Positions 9,341 to 19,311 of a DNA stretch of 64,000 nucleotides are shown in pieces. Position numbers and translations under genes: made by a program. This DNA is from Bacillota bacterium (GTDB lineage: Bacteria > Bacillota > Limnochordia > DTU080): the NCBI GenBank assembly GCA_012838035.1, contig DUQB01000005.1, forward strand, positions 28,510 through 92,509, written 5' to 3'. Below the pieces are notes generated by a model. It did no database searches and was not told the origin of the DNA. It worked only from the letters and a program-made list of their open reading frames with translations. Each line of letters starts with the position of its first letter. Within the stretch, counting starts at the first letter, position 1.

Positions 9341-11497
9341 TTGATGAGCCTACGGCGGTTACGGAAATCCACCGACGACAGGGGCATTAAACTGTTGCGG
9401 CAAATCGCCCGAAGTCCCTGGTTGGTCTGGGCAGTGATCTTTGTCGCGCTCAATGCGGTACTGCTCGTGAACAACACTCCCGAACCCATCGAAATGGAAG
9501 TCGGGCAGGTAGCCAAACGAGATGTTGAGGCGCCGCGCCGTGTCGTCAACCGTTATAGAACCGAGTTGCTGCGGGAAGAAGCCGGCAAGGCGGCCGTGCG
9601 CGATGCTGCGTTGTTGCCGTCCAACTACGAAATAAACCAAGCGGTAGCGGTAAAGGCGGAAGAGACGGTCGGCAGCATTTTCAGCGTGCTGCGGGGCAAA
9701 CCGATTACCCCCGAAGGCGCTGCGCCGCAGTTACGCACAGCCGGCGCCATACAATCGTATATTGAAGACCAACTGCAGACACAAGTCCCCCTGGATGCGA
9801 TTCGCGCGGCTATGGAGCTGGATGATGCCCGGTTGGCCGCTTTGGAAACCGACGGTAGGAAATTGGCCTCCGGATTTATGCTCACACAACGCATCGATGC
9901 CGATAATCGAGAGGCGATGCAAGAAACGTTACTCATGCAGATTGCGGACCTAGATCGACCGGCCGCCGACCTGACCGTGCTCAGCGGAGTAGTGGGCGCG
10001 GTTGTGCAGCCTAATTTGGTGTTGGATCCCCAAAAGGTGGGACGAGCGCGCGAACAGGCCATGCGCGCCATTGCGCCGATTTATATTGAACAAGGCCAGA
10101 TCATCATCCGCAAAGGCGATCTGGTGGAGCCTGAGCATGTGGAAATCCTGCGCGATTTGGGATTGTACGGCCAAAAGATGAACTACGCCATGGCCGTGGG
10201 TATCGTCATCATCGTAGCTTTATTATTGGTATTGCTTGTTTACTATGTAAAGCAGTATCATCCGGAGTCGGCGCGCAATCGCCGGCAGCAACTACTCCTT
10301 GGACTTACCATTGTGGTGGTGGCCGTTTTAGCAAAGTTAGCAGGCCTTTTGCATATTCCGGCTGCCGGCTACCTCATTCCAACCGCGCTTGCCGGAATAC
10401 TCATCTCGATCTTGCTGGACACCCGGTTGGCCGTAATAGCCGTGTTGCTGCTGACCGTCGTGGTCGCGATCGTCATGGGACAAGATACGCGCTATGTCGT
10501 GATTGCCTTGGCAGGCGGCCTGGCCGGCGTGTTCAGCGTGTCCAAAGTGAGTCAACGCAGCGATGTCACCAGAGCCGGTCTCATAGTCGGCTTTACCAAC
10601 TTTTTAGCCATGATCGCCTTCGGATTATTGCGTTCGGAGTGGTATATGCTCAGCTACGCCGTTTTAGGCGTCGTGAACGGCTTGGTGTCCGCCGTTTTGG
10701 CCATCGGTCTTTTACCTTACCTGGAGACGGCATTTGACATCACATCAGCCATTCGGCTGCTGGAACTCTCTAATCCGAATCATCCATTAATGCGCACCCT
10801 GTTGATGGAAGCGCCCGGCAGCTATCACCACAGCATGATTGTCGGTAACTTGGCGGAAGCGGCGGCGGAGGCCGTCGGCGCAGACGCCCTATTGGCACGC
10901 GTGCAGGCGCAATACCATGATATCGGCAAAACGCGTCGGCCGTATTTTTTCATTGAGAATCAGTATGGCGCAGATAACCCGCACGATCGGATCGCACCTT
11001 CGCTCTCAACGTTAATCATTACTTCGCATGTAAAAGACGGACTCGAATTGGCGCGGCAATACAAGTTGCCCAAAGTGGTTGTTGATGTGATTCCGCAACA
11101 CCACGGCACGGACATGGTGAAGTACTTCTATCATAAGGCGATGGAGTCTGCAAAAGAGGATGAAATCATCGACAAGAAAGACTTCAGCTATCCCGGACCG
11201 CCGCCGCAATCGAAAGAGACAGCCATCGTGATGCTGGCCGACAGCGTGGAAGCCGCTGTGCGTTCGCTGAAGGAGCCGACGCCCGGACGCATTGAAGGTG
11301 TTGTGCGCAAGCTCATTAAAGACCGATTGCATAGTGGCCAATTAGATGAGAGCGATCTTACTTTTAAAGACTTAGATAAGATCGCCGAAGCCTTTGTCCG
11401 GGTGTTGGCGGGCCTTTTCCATCACCGCATCGAGTATCCCGATATGACTAAAATCGGGGCGGAACCGAAGGCGGAGGCGGAGACGGGCGAGAAGTAG
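9341..11497 (+). CDS. 7TM receptor with intracellular HD/HDIG phosphohydrolase domain (YqfF-like)
   Basis: 718 aa: extracytoplasmic N-terminal domain, 7 TM helices, then an HD domain (HHSMIVGNLAEAAAE...HDIGK). Conserved neighbour of phoH and ybeY. Confidence 0.8.
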   Translation: MMSLRRLRKSTDDRGIKLLRQIARSPWLVWAVIFVALNAVLLVNNTPEPIEMEVGQVAKRDVEAPRRVVNRYRTELLREEAGKAAVRDAALLPSNYEINQAVAVKAEETVGSIFSVLRGKPITPEGAAPQLRTAGAIQSYIEDQLQTQVPLDAIRAAMELDDARLAALETDGRKLASGFMLTQRIDADNREAMQETLLMQIADLDRPAADLTVLSGVVGAVVQPNLVLDPQKVGRAREQAMRAIAPIYIEQGQIIIRKGDLVEPEHVEILRDLGLYGQKMNYAMAVGIVIIVALLLVLLVYYVKQYHPESARNRRQQLLLGLTIVVVAVLAKLAGLLHIPAAGYLIPTALAGILISILLDTRLAVIAVLLLTVVVAIVMGQDTRYVVIALAGGLAGVFSVSKVSQRSDVTRAGLIVGFTNFLAMIAFGLLRSEWYMLSYAVLGVVNGLVSAVLAIGLLPYLETAFDITSAIRLLELSNPNHPLMRTLLMEAPGSYHHSMIVGNLAEAAAEAVGADALLARVQAQYHDIGKTRRPYFFIENQYGADNPHDRIAPSLSTLIITSHVKDGLELARQYKLPKVVVDVIPQHHGTDMVKYFYHKAMESAKEDEIIDKKDFSYPGPPPQSKETAIVMLADSVEAAVRSLKEPTPGRIEGVVRKLIKDRLHSGQLDESDLTFKDLDKIAEAFVRVLAGLFHHRIEYPDMTKIGAEPKAEAETGEK

Positions 11498-11521
11498 GTA
11501 ATACGCATGGGGCGGTGCTTG

Positions 11522-12001
11522 ATGATGAGTATCGACATCGAAGTTGCTGTGGCTGGGGTTAAAGAGGAATACATTGTCGTTATAGAGCAAGCGATAGGCG
11601 CGGTGTTGGAGCGTTTTAACGCAGACGACGCCGAAGTCTCGGTCGTACTGTGTGACGATGCTGCCATCCATGCGCTCAATAAGGAGTGGCGCGGCGTAGA
11701 CGCCTCCACTGATGTGCCTTCTTTTCCTATGGAGGAAGGGATAGCCGACGAGCCGGGGCGGGAATTGGTTGAATATGAGCCTAGATTGTTGGGCGATATT
11801 GTGATCTCTTGGCCGCGCGCGCAAGCGCAGGCAGAGGAGTATGGTCACAGTGTGAAGCGGGAACTAGCCTTCTTGGCCGTCCACGGTTGCCTACACCTGT
11901 TGGGTTTCGATCACGAAGATGATGTTGAACAGGCCGAGATGCGGCGGCAGGAGGAGGATATACTAAGTACTCTGGGGTTAGCGAGGCATCACCTTGAGTA
12001 G
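11522..12001 (+). CDS. ybeY: rRNA maturation endoribonuclease YbeY
   Basis: Zinc-binding motif HGCLHLLGFDHEDD. N-terminus MMSIDIEV... aligns with B. subtilis YqfG. The ORF track extends the start to 11507. Confidence 0.85.
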   Translation: MMSIDIEVAVAGVKEEYIVVIEQAIGAVLERFNADDAEVSVVLCDDAAIHALNKEWRGVDASTDVPSFPMEEGIADEPGRELVEYEPRLLGDIVISWPRAQAQAEEYGHSVKRELAFLAVHGCLHLLGFDHEDDVEQAEMRRQEEDILSTLGLARHHLE

Positions 12002-12701
12002 GTTTAAGGCGCGCAACTTTCCCGAGAGCATGCACTACGCCATGCAGGGCGTCATCTATGCCATTCGCACACAACGCAACGTACGCCTGCACTTTACTTT
12101 TACCGTATTGGTCGTAATTCTGGCATGGCTTCTGCAAGTGAGCAACATGGAGTGGGCTATACTCAGTCTCACCATCGGATTGGTCATCTTGGCTGAAATG
12201 GCGAACACGGCGATCGAAACGGTTGTCGATTTGATTACGGATGAGTATCATCAATTGGCGGCCGTGGCGAAGAATGTGGCGGCCGGTACCGTGTTGGCCG
12301 CAGCTGCAGCGGCCGTGGCCGTAGGTTACTTTATTTTCTTTGATCGGTTAGCCAATCTACAGGTAGAAGCTCTGGCCTATACGTTGGACACTCCGCCGCA
12401 TATCACCGTGTTGGCCTTGGTGGTAGTCGTCTTCATAGTCATGATGGCAAAAGCCAGGAGTACGCCTATTCGTATTCAAGGAGGCATGCCCAGCGCACAC
12501 ACGGCCACAGCGGCTTCCATCGGCACATCCATCTTCTTTCTCGGTCATAATGGCGTGACCACCGTATTAGCGTTGCTGCTGGTCGCCTTGGTAGCTCAAA
12601 GTCGCGTGGAAGCGGGCATACATACGGTAGCTGAGGTTATTGTCGGCGGATTGTTGGGTGTCCTGATCACTGTGCTGACTTTTCAACTGATTATTAATTG
12701 A
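11994..12701 (+). CDS. dgkA: Diacylglycerol/undecaprenol kinase (DgkA) fused in frame to a PAP2-family lipid phosphatase domain
   Basis: The N-terminal ~120 aa are DgkA-like with 3 TM helices (IYAIRTQRNVRLH...EMANTAIETVVDL). The C-terminal ~110 aa carry PAP2 motifs PSAHTATAAS and SRVEAGIHT. It overlaps the ybeY end by 8 nt. Confidence 0.7.
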   Translation: MSRFKARNFPESMHYAMQGVIYAIRTQRNVRLHFTFTVLVVILAWLLQVSNMEWAILSLTIGLVILAEMANTAIETVVDLITDEYHQLAAVAKNVAAGTVLAAAAAAVAVGYFIFFDRLANLQVEALAYTLDTPPHITVLALVVVVFIVMMAKARSTPIRIQGGMPSAHTATAASIGTSIFFLGHNGVTTVLALLLVALVAQSRVEAGIHTVAEVIVGGLLGVLITVLTFQLIIN

Positions 12702-12741
12702 TTGCGCCTATGTTGCTTGGCGCTATGGAGAATGGATACAC

Positions 12742-13161
12742 ATGGAACAAGTTGAACGATTATTGGCGGAAGCCAAACGCGCTCGGGAAAACGCATATGC
12801 ACCCTACTCACGCTTTAAGGTGGGAGCAGCGCTATTGGGTAAAAGCGGACGCGTTTATCGCGGCTGCAATGTAGAAAACGCTTCCTATGGGGCGACGATT
12901 TGTGCCGAGCGGGCAGCGATAGTCCAGGCCGTATCGCAGGGAGAACGCGAGTTTGATGCTATCGCCGTAGTTGCCGATATGCCGGAACCGGTACCGCCCT
13001 GTGGCCTTTGTCGACAGGTGTTGGCCGAATTTAGTCCACAGATGCAGGTTATCATGGGTAACTTGGCCGGACAGGTTCGGATAACCAGCGTAGAGCAATT
13101 GTATCCGGGGGCCTTTACCCAAAGCGCATTGCTGGAGCCCGACGCGCAACAGCGTGGGTAA
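12742..13161 (+). CDS. cdd: Cytidine deaminase
   Basis: CMP/dCMP deaminase zinc motifs CAERAAI and PCGLCRQVLAEF, 139 aa. Confidence 0.85.
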   Translation: MEQVERLLAEAKRARENAYAPYSRFKVGAALLGKSGRVYRGCNVENASYGATICAERAAIVQAVSQGEREFDAIAVVADMPEPVPPCGLCRQVLAEFSPQMQVIMGNLAGQVRITSVEQLYPGAFTQSALLEPDAQQRG

Positions 13162-13188
13162 CGATTGAAGGATGGTGCCATAACACCA

Positions 13189-14088
13189 ATGAAACAAGAT
13201 TTCAGATCGGGTTTTGTCGCTATAGTAGGGCGTCCGAATGTGGGAAAGTCTACATTAGTGAATCATTTGGTTGGACACAAAATCGCGATCGTTTCAGATA
13301 AGCCGCAGACGACGCGCAACCGCATCCAGTGTGTTCTTACTCGCTCCGATGCGCAGGTGATCTTCCTCGATACTCCGGGAATACACAAACCGCGCCATAA
13401 ACTAGGCGAGTACATGGTGCAAGTGGCTCAAGAGGCGTTGGAGGGAGTCGATTGCATTCTATTCCTGGTAGACGGCGCAGCCGGAATAGGTTATGGCGAT
13501 CGCAAAATTGCCGAGCAATTGGCGAAGGTCGAAGCGCCGGTCATCTTGGTCGTCAATAAAGTTGATCGGATAACTCATGAACAGATATTGACCACATTGG
13601 CACCTACTCCGGATTTGGGTGATTTTCAGCATATTTTTCCCATCTCTGCAAAAACCGGCTACAATGTACCGGAGCTGCTTGATGTCGTCATCGGGCTGAT
13701 GCCTCCGGGACCAATGTATTTCCCTTCTGCAGAAATCAGTGATCATCCCGAACAGTTTGTTATGGCGGAGTTAATCAGGGAGCAAGCGTTAAGGTTCACA
13801 CGCGACGAAGTGCCGCATGCTCTCGCCGTCGTGGTCGATGCGGTGGAGCGCCGCGAGGACAAGGATTTGGTCGATGTACAGGCTACGATATATGTAGAGC
13901 GCGACTCCCAAAAAGGAATTATCATCGGCAAGCAAGGGAACATGCTTAAGGTGATCGGTTCTGAAGCGCGTCGAGAGATAGAAGCGCTTTTGGGTTCGCA
14001 GGTGTTTTTGCAATTGGCTGTAAAGGTGAATGAGAACTGGCGGAAAGAACCTAAGGTGCTGCGTCGGTTCGGTTACGTGAACGAGTAG
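13189..14088 (+). CDS. era: GTPase Era
   Basis: FRSGFVAIVGRPNVGKSTL (G1), DTPG (G3), NKVD (G4) and a KH domain C-terminus. ATG 13189 is preceded by GAAGGATGG; the ORF track extends it to 13165. Confidence 0.9.
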   Translation: MKQDFRSGFVAIVGRPNVGKSTLVNHLVGHKIAIVSDKPQTTRNRIQCVLTRSDAQVIFLDTPGIHKPRHKLGEYMVQVAQEALEGVDCILFLVDGAAGIGYGDRKIAEQLAKVEAPVILVVNKVDRITHEQILTTLAPTPDLGDFQHIFPISAKTGYNVPELLDVVIGLMPPGPMYFPSAEISDHPEQFVMAELIREQALRFTRDEVPHALAVVVDAVERREDKDLVDVQATIYVERDSQKGIIIGKQGNMLKVIGSEARREIEALLGSQVFLQLAVKVNENWRKEPKVLRRFGYVNE

Positions 14089-14109
14089 GTAGTAGGAAAG
14101 GGTTTATAA

Positions 14110-15144
14110 GTGCGCGTTGCAGATTTTGATTACGAACTACCACCTGAACTGATCGCTCAGGAACCGTTAGCACGACGTGACGCTTCTCGGTTGCTGGTAC
14201 TGGAGAAAAAAACCGGTGCTTTGCAGCATCGGACATTTGCTGAGCTGCCGCAGCTTTTGCGACCGGGCGACTGTCTGGTAGCCAACAACTCTCGCGTGAT
14301 TCCTGCGCGTCTGTTGGGACGCAAACCCAGCGGTGGCGCCGTTGAGCTTCTTTTGCTCCGCAAACTGAGCTTGACTCGCTGGGAAGCATTGGCGCGCCCG
14401 GCAAGAAGACTCAAGAAGGGCGCAACCATGCTATTCGGCCATGGCGAATTAGAAGGTACCGTCGTTGATGAGACGGCAACAGGTGGGCGTATCGTGGAGT
14501 TCTCGTGGACCGGAGCTTCCTTCGAGGCTGTACTCGACTATTTAGGGCAAATGCCCCTACCTCCTTATATTCACAAACAACTGGCCGATCCGGAACGCTA
14601 CCAAACCGTTTACAGCGCTGAGCCCGGTTCCGCCGCGGCTCCTACGGCAGGGTTGCATTTCACGTCTGAGTTGCTGCAACAGCTGCGACAGATGGGCGTC
14701 GCCATCACCTATGTCACCTTGCATGTGGGACTGGGTACTTTCCGTCCCGTGCAGGTCGATACCGTCGAAGAACATGTGATGCATAGCGAAAGCTACACCA
14801 TTGAACCGCAGGCGGTAGCCGCCGTTAAAGAGGCGCGAAAGCGAGGCGGACGCATCATTGCGGTAGGAACGACCGCAGCACGGTGTTTGGAAGCCCAAGC
14901 GCTCATCGGCGGACCGGCTGCCGACCTACAGCCCGGCAGCAGCGAGACCGATATCTTCATCTATCCGGGCTTCCGTTTTCAAGTCGTCGAAGGTCTGATC
15001 ACCAATTTCCATCTGCCCAAGTCGACGCTGCTTATGTTGGTAAGCGCTTTTGCCGGAAAAGAGCAGATCATGACGGCTTATAGGGAGGCTATCGCGCGGC
15101 GTTACCGCTTCTTCAGCTTTGGCGATGCGATGCTCATTATCTAA
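14110..15144 (+). CDS. queA: S-adenosylmethionine:tRNA ribosyltransferase-isomerase
   Basis: VRVADFDYELPPELIAQEPLARRDASRLLVL..., 344 aa, with a GTG start. Confidence 0.9.
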   Translation: MRVADFDYELPPELIAQEPLARRDASRLLVLEKKTGALQHRTFAELPQLLRPGDCLVANNSRVIPARLLGRKPSGGAVELLLLRKLSLTRWEALARPARRLKKGATMLFGHGELEGTVVDETATGGRIVEFSWTGASFEAVLDYLGQMPLPPYIHKQLADPERYQTVYSAEPGSAAAPTAGLHFTSELLQQLRQMGVAITYVTLHVGLGTFRPVQVDTVEEHVMHSESYTIEPQAVAAVKEARKRGGRIIAVGTTAARCLEAQALIGGPAADLQPGSSETDIFIYPGFRFQVVEGLITNFHLPKSTLLMLVSAFAGKEQIMTAYREAIARRYRFFSFGDAMLII

Positions 15145-15178
15145 TATCAGCCCAATGCCGCCGTACTGGTTTGAATTA

Positions 15179-15206
15179 TCCGCCCGCATCGCCGGGCGTT
15201 TTTTGT
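15179..15206 (+). terminator. Rho-independent terminator after queA
   Basis: CGCCCG-catcgc-CGGGCG hairpin followed by TTTTTTG. Confidence 0.7.
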
Positions 15207-15329
15207 TGCTGCAGCAGCGGAGCGCATGTGGATATTTCCCATACCTGCCGATTATAGGAGCCGGGGAAAATACACAGGGCTTCGCATCGCAGGTAACCAA
15301 CATTAAGCCGCAAAAGATAATGCGCGGAG

Positions 15330-16355
15330 GTGTTTTTCATGGGCGATGAGAAAATTAGGGTAGGCGTCATCGGCATCGGCGGACTGGCGCGCAGCGTGCA
15401 TTTGCCCGCATTGCGCGACTTGCAGGGCATAGAGTTGACGGCTGTCTGCGACAGAGTGGCGGAACGGGCGGAGTTTGCCGCTGCTGAGTACGGTTTTTCC
15501 CGCACCTACGCTCTACATGCGGAAATGTTGGCCAAAGAACGGTTGGACGCCGTTTTCGTATTAGTGGAACCGCACAACTTGTTCGAGGTGACGCGCGACT
15601 GCCTGGCCGCCGGTTTGGACGTGTTCATGGAAAAGCCGCCGGGTATTACGGCGTTTCAGGCTGATGCGTTGCGCATGGCGGCGGAGGCGGAGAGCAGAAT
15701 CCTACAGGTGGGCTTCAATCGGCGTTATATTCCCGTAGTTCTGCGGACGCTCGAGATTATGCAGGAGATTACACCTATTACGCAGGTGGAAGGATGCTTC
15801 TTTAAAAACGGGTCGGCACAGTTTTTCGGCGGCGCGGTGAGCTCGTTTGTAAGCGACTCCATCCATGCTGTCGATCTGATACGCTGGATTGCCGGCGGGA
15901 ACCCGGTAAAGGCGGCAATTGTGCAGAACCAGGTGGAGGATGTAGTGCCCAACGCCTGGAACGGAGTAATGGCCTTCGACAACGGCGTCACCGGCATCAT
16001 CAAAGCGAACTACAAGACCGGCGGGCGCATACACACGTTTGAGATCCATGGCCCGAAGGCCAGCGCATATATCAACCTGGGCTGCGGCGAGATAACCGCT
16101 CAGGCGGAAATCCTCATGCACAACGGTACTTCCATGTACTCGGCGGCATCCGGGGGCGCTACGTCACAAAATCGCCTGCTGCTCGATGGAAAAGAGCTGG
16201 TCGGAAGTGAAGCGTTTTATCGTTACTATGGGTTCTATCAGGAAGACGCGGCGTTTATAGAAAGCGTGCGCACCCGCAAACCGCCTATCGCGGATATTAG
16301 CGAAGGCGTTAAAAGTATTCGCTTGGTAGAAATGTTGTTGAACAGTGTCATTTAA
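15330..16355 (+). CDS. Gfo/Idh/MocA-family NAD(P)-dependent oxidoreductase
   Basis: N-terminal Rossmann motif IRVGVIGIGGLARSVHLPAL, 341 aa, with the typical family C-terminal alpha/beta domain. Confidence 0.75.
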   Translation: MFFMGDEKIRVGVIGIGGLARSVHLPALRDLQGIELTAVCDRVAERAEFAAAEYGFSRTYALHAEMLAKERLDAVFVLVEPHNLFEVTRDCLAAGLDVFMEKPPGITAFQADALRMAAEAESRILQVGFNRRYIPVVLRTLEIMQEITPITQVEGCFFKNGSAQFFGGAVSSFVSDSIHAVDLIRWIAGGNPVKAAIVQNQVEDVVPNAWNGVMAFDNGVTGIIKANYKTGGRIHTFEIHGPKASAYINLGCGEITAQAEILMHNGTSMYSAASGGATSQNRLLLDGKELVGSEAFYRYYGFYQEDAAFIESVRTRKPPIADISEGVKSIRLVEMLLNSVI

Positions 16356-16596
16356 GTCTTTGGTTCACTACCGTAAGAGATAACGGCACTGTTTTCTCAA
16401 ATAGGTTACCGGGGTAGCGATGTCGGCAAAAGTAATGGGCTAAACCGTGTGCATTTCCGATCTGCTTGTGATTTCCTCGCTTCTTTTAGCAAGGACAAAC
16501 GCAATCCGTTATGGAAGTCTATGAAAGAACAGCGATGTGTTACGATGCTGAACGGAACTGATCGATACCAACGTTTAACGACGGGGAGGTGTCTGC

Positions 16597-17490
16597 ATGA
16601 GATCGGTTCAGCATGTACGCAACTCGTTTCAAGCCGGCGCGCTCGACATAATGGGTTTGCGCATAGACACCATACTATATACTGAGTATCTGCCCACCTA
16701 TGTAGATAACGAACACTCCCATGAGACATGGCAGTTGTTCTACTTCCTCAATGGCACCGGCATTATCTCCATCAACGGCGTGGAAGAGACGGTTTCCGGC
16801 GGCCATGTAGCCATCGTGCGTCCGTTCGATCAGCACTTCTTTCGCAATCATGGCGACCGCGTGACCCTTTCATTAGAGATTAAATGGCACTTCAGCCACA
16901 CGTTGGACGAATTTCTCACTTCGCCCAAATGGAGCGGCATATTTCGTGACCGTTACGGCTTACGCACCTACGTCAACCAGGCCATCCAAGAATTAATGAG
17001 CCGGCGGCGCAATTGGGAGCCGATGCTACGGGCAGTCATCCTCAGCATGCTGGTTCAGGTGGATCGCGCTTTGTTGGCGGAGGTTAAGCGCATCGGCGAA
17101 AACGAGACGATCGATGCGACATATGGCTACCGACACACTATGGTGCAGAAGGCGATCAATTACGTTGTGGACCATCTACACGAAGCGCTCTCGGTGAAGG
17201 ACGTGGCGGCGTTTCTGTGCATTAGTCCGGGCTATTTGAGCGAGCTCTTCAAGAAGGAGACGGGACAGAGCTTTACCCCCTGGGTGATCGATCAAAAGAT
17301 GGCGCTCGCCCGGAAGGCATTGCTGGCCGACCCTGATAGACCTGTGGAAGATATAGCGCAGAGTATCGGATACTACGATGCACGCTACTTCAGTCGGTTG
17401 TTCAAAGTAAAAACCGGCGTCAGCCCAACCCAATTTCGCACCACTAACGTCAATCGAGACGCAATGCAAAGGAACGATCGCCTTACCTAG
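16597..17490 (+). CDS. AraC/XylS-family transcriptional regulator (N-terminal cupin-like sensor plus C-terminal HTH_AraC)
   Basis: The C-terminus carries the tandem HTH VKDVAAFLCISPGYLSELFKKETGQSFTPW...DIAQSIGYYDARYFSRLFKVKTGVSPTQFR. Confidence 0.8.
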   Translation: MRSVQHVRNSFQAGALDIMGLRIDTILYTEYLPTYVDNEHSHETWQLFYFLNGTGIISINGVEETVSGGHVAIVRPFDQHFFRNHGDRVTLSLEIKWHFSHTLDEFLTSPKWSGIFRDRYGLRTYVNQAIQELMSRRRNWEPMLRAVILSMLVQVDRALLAEVKRIGENETIDATYGYRHTMVQKAINYVVDHLHEALSVKDVAAFLCISPGYLSELFKKETGQSFTPWVIDQKMALARKALLADPDRPVEDIAQSIGYYDARYFSRLFKVKTGVSPTQFRTTNVNRDAMQRNDRLT

Positions 17491-17889
17491 CCGACTTTTA
17501 CGCCTAGCTGATAACTCCCCGGCACACCTTTTGCACGCATGGTAAAAAGAATTTTCCTAAGTTCTTGACGTTACCCCAGGTACACGATGAAAAGCCAGGC
17601 TATTGTGGACATTTCGCGGTTCTGGTCTGAACTGTGAACATGAAAAAATACACAGGACATGTTTAGCCTATGCCCTAAATCCTATCTGTACCATGGCGTC
17701 GACTTAGGTATATGTGTAGATACGATACGGTTACCCACTCTGAACCTTTTGAGTTTGCAAAACCACTGATGGTGGAGGGGAGGGAAGAGAATCCGACTCA
17801 CGAGTAATGGATATGAGGGTTGGTTTGGGGTATTTGCTTAGCTGGACCGGCAACGCGTTAGTCTAGGTGAGAATGAAAGGAGATGCGTT

Positions 17890-19209
17890 ATGAGAACGGT
17901 GAAATGGGCGCCTTGTTTGCTGCTGATCCTCATGATCATTCTGCCGGTAAGTCGGGTTTCGGCGGCTCCGATTGAACTGGTTTTTATGCACCGAAGCGCT
18001 ACGAAAGAAGCTGAATGGGCGCAAGAGATCGCCAGGCGTTTCAATGAGACGCATCCGGGTATTCATGTGACCACGTTGTCTGCGGACTCAGGTCCCGGCG
18101 GCGCCTGGTATATCGAGAAGCTCACCGTATTACGCGCCTCAGGCATGTCGCCGGATGTGTATTATGGCGCATCCGATAAAATGGGGTTCGTGCTGCAAGG
18201 TTGGACTCTGGATTTGACACCTTTCGTAACGAGAGATGCCGCCGAGTTGCGCATTGACACGTTCTTTCCCGGCGTTTGGAACTCATTTGCCTTGAACGGA
18301 CGAGTGTATGGAGTACCGTTGGCGGTTACGCCTCAGTTTATGTTCTACAACAAAGGCATGCTCGCCAATCACGGCTTAGCGCCTCTGCCGACGGATTGGG
18401 ATGTCCGATTCTGGACATGGGACGATTTTGTTGATTATGGTCGTAAACTTACACGCCAAGAGGGCGATGGCACGTATTCACAGGTGGCGTTATCGCGGGC
18501 CGGAGAGAATCAACTGCCTGATATTTGCTGGATTTTCGGTGGCGATTGGTTCTCTGAGGCAGCCTATGCACAAGGGAAAGCCGCCCAAGCCACCATGCTG
18601 CGGGCGGAGAATATCAACGCCTATAATGCGTTAATCGACTACTATGCCAAGTATGCTGCAGCCGGTCCGCCTAAGGGTATTGACCCCGGTATGGCTTTTG
18701 TGAATGAACGGGCCGCTATGGAATGGATCGGGGCCTGGCGCATCAACGGCTTCTTAAGCGCGCAGCTCAGTTGGGAGTGGGGTATAGGACCCATGCCCAT
18801 GGTGGCGACACGGGCTAACACCCGCTGGACAGACCCATTGTTTATCTCAGACGATACGAAGTGCCCCGAACAGGCGTGGGAGTTTGTTAAGTACGCAACC
18901 GGTTCGGAAGCGCAAGCTTTGTGGTCCGAAATTACCGGTATGATACCGGCACGCCGCACGGCCATGGACGCATATACGCAGAGTGTAATGGCGGCTACGG
19001 GTATGTCGGCGCCGGAGGTAACGGCTGCTATAGGTGGTGCGCTGGCACACTCCAGACGTGCGCTGGAGGAGTCTATTCCTGCAGCTCATAGGTTTATCGT
19101 AGACCACATGCAAGACTGGTTTGCGCCGATGATGGACGGTGAAGTTGCCGTAAGCTCCGCTTTAGAACAGATACAGAATCTGTTGAATAATTACTTGGCA
19201 GGTTTGTAG
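17890..19209 (+). CDS. Extracellular solute-binding protein of a carbohydrate ABC transporter (family 1 SBP); orphan, with no adjacent permease or ATPase
   Basis: Signal peptide MRTVKWAPCLLLILMIILPVSRVSAAP, 439 aa. The Trp/Tyr-rich SBP-family-1 fold pattern is present. RBS AAAGGAG. Confidence 0.65.
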   Translation: MRTVKWAPCLLLILMIILPVSRVSAAPIELVFMHRSATKEAEWAQEIARRFNETHPGIHVTTLSADSGPGGAWYIEKLTVLRASGMSPDVYYGASDKMGFVLQGWTLDLTPFVTRDAAELRIDTFFPGVWNSFALNGRVYGVPLAVTPQFMFYNKGMLANHGLAPLPTDWDVRFWTWDDFVDYGRKLTRQEGDGTYSQVALSRAGENQLPDICWIFGGDWFSEAAYAQGKAAQATMLRAENINAYNALIDYYAKYAAAGPPKGIDPGMAFVNERAAMEWIGAWRINGFLSAQLSWEWGIGPMPMVATRANTRWTDPLFISDDTKCPEQAWEFVKYATGSEAQALWSEITGMIPARRTAMDAYTQSVMAATGMSAPEVTAAIGGALAHSRRALEESIPAAHRFIVDHMQDWFAPMMDGEVAVSSALEQIQNLLNNYLAGL

Positions 19210-19311
19210 TCCGGCGCTTCGCTCGGTGACTTGCTCTTGGTCGACCGGTTAATATCTATGGCGAGTCACCGAGTCGGTTGCGCCGGCGCAGCTGCTGTGG
19301 GAAGTGAGGTG

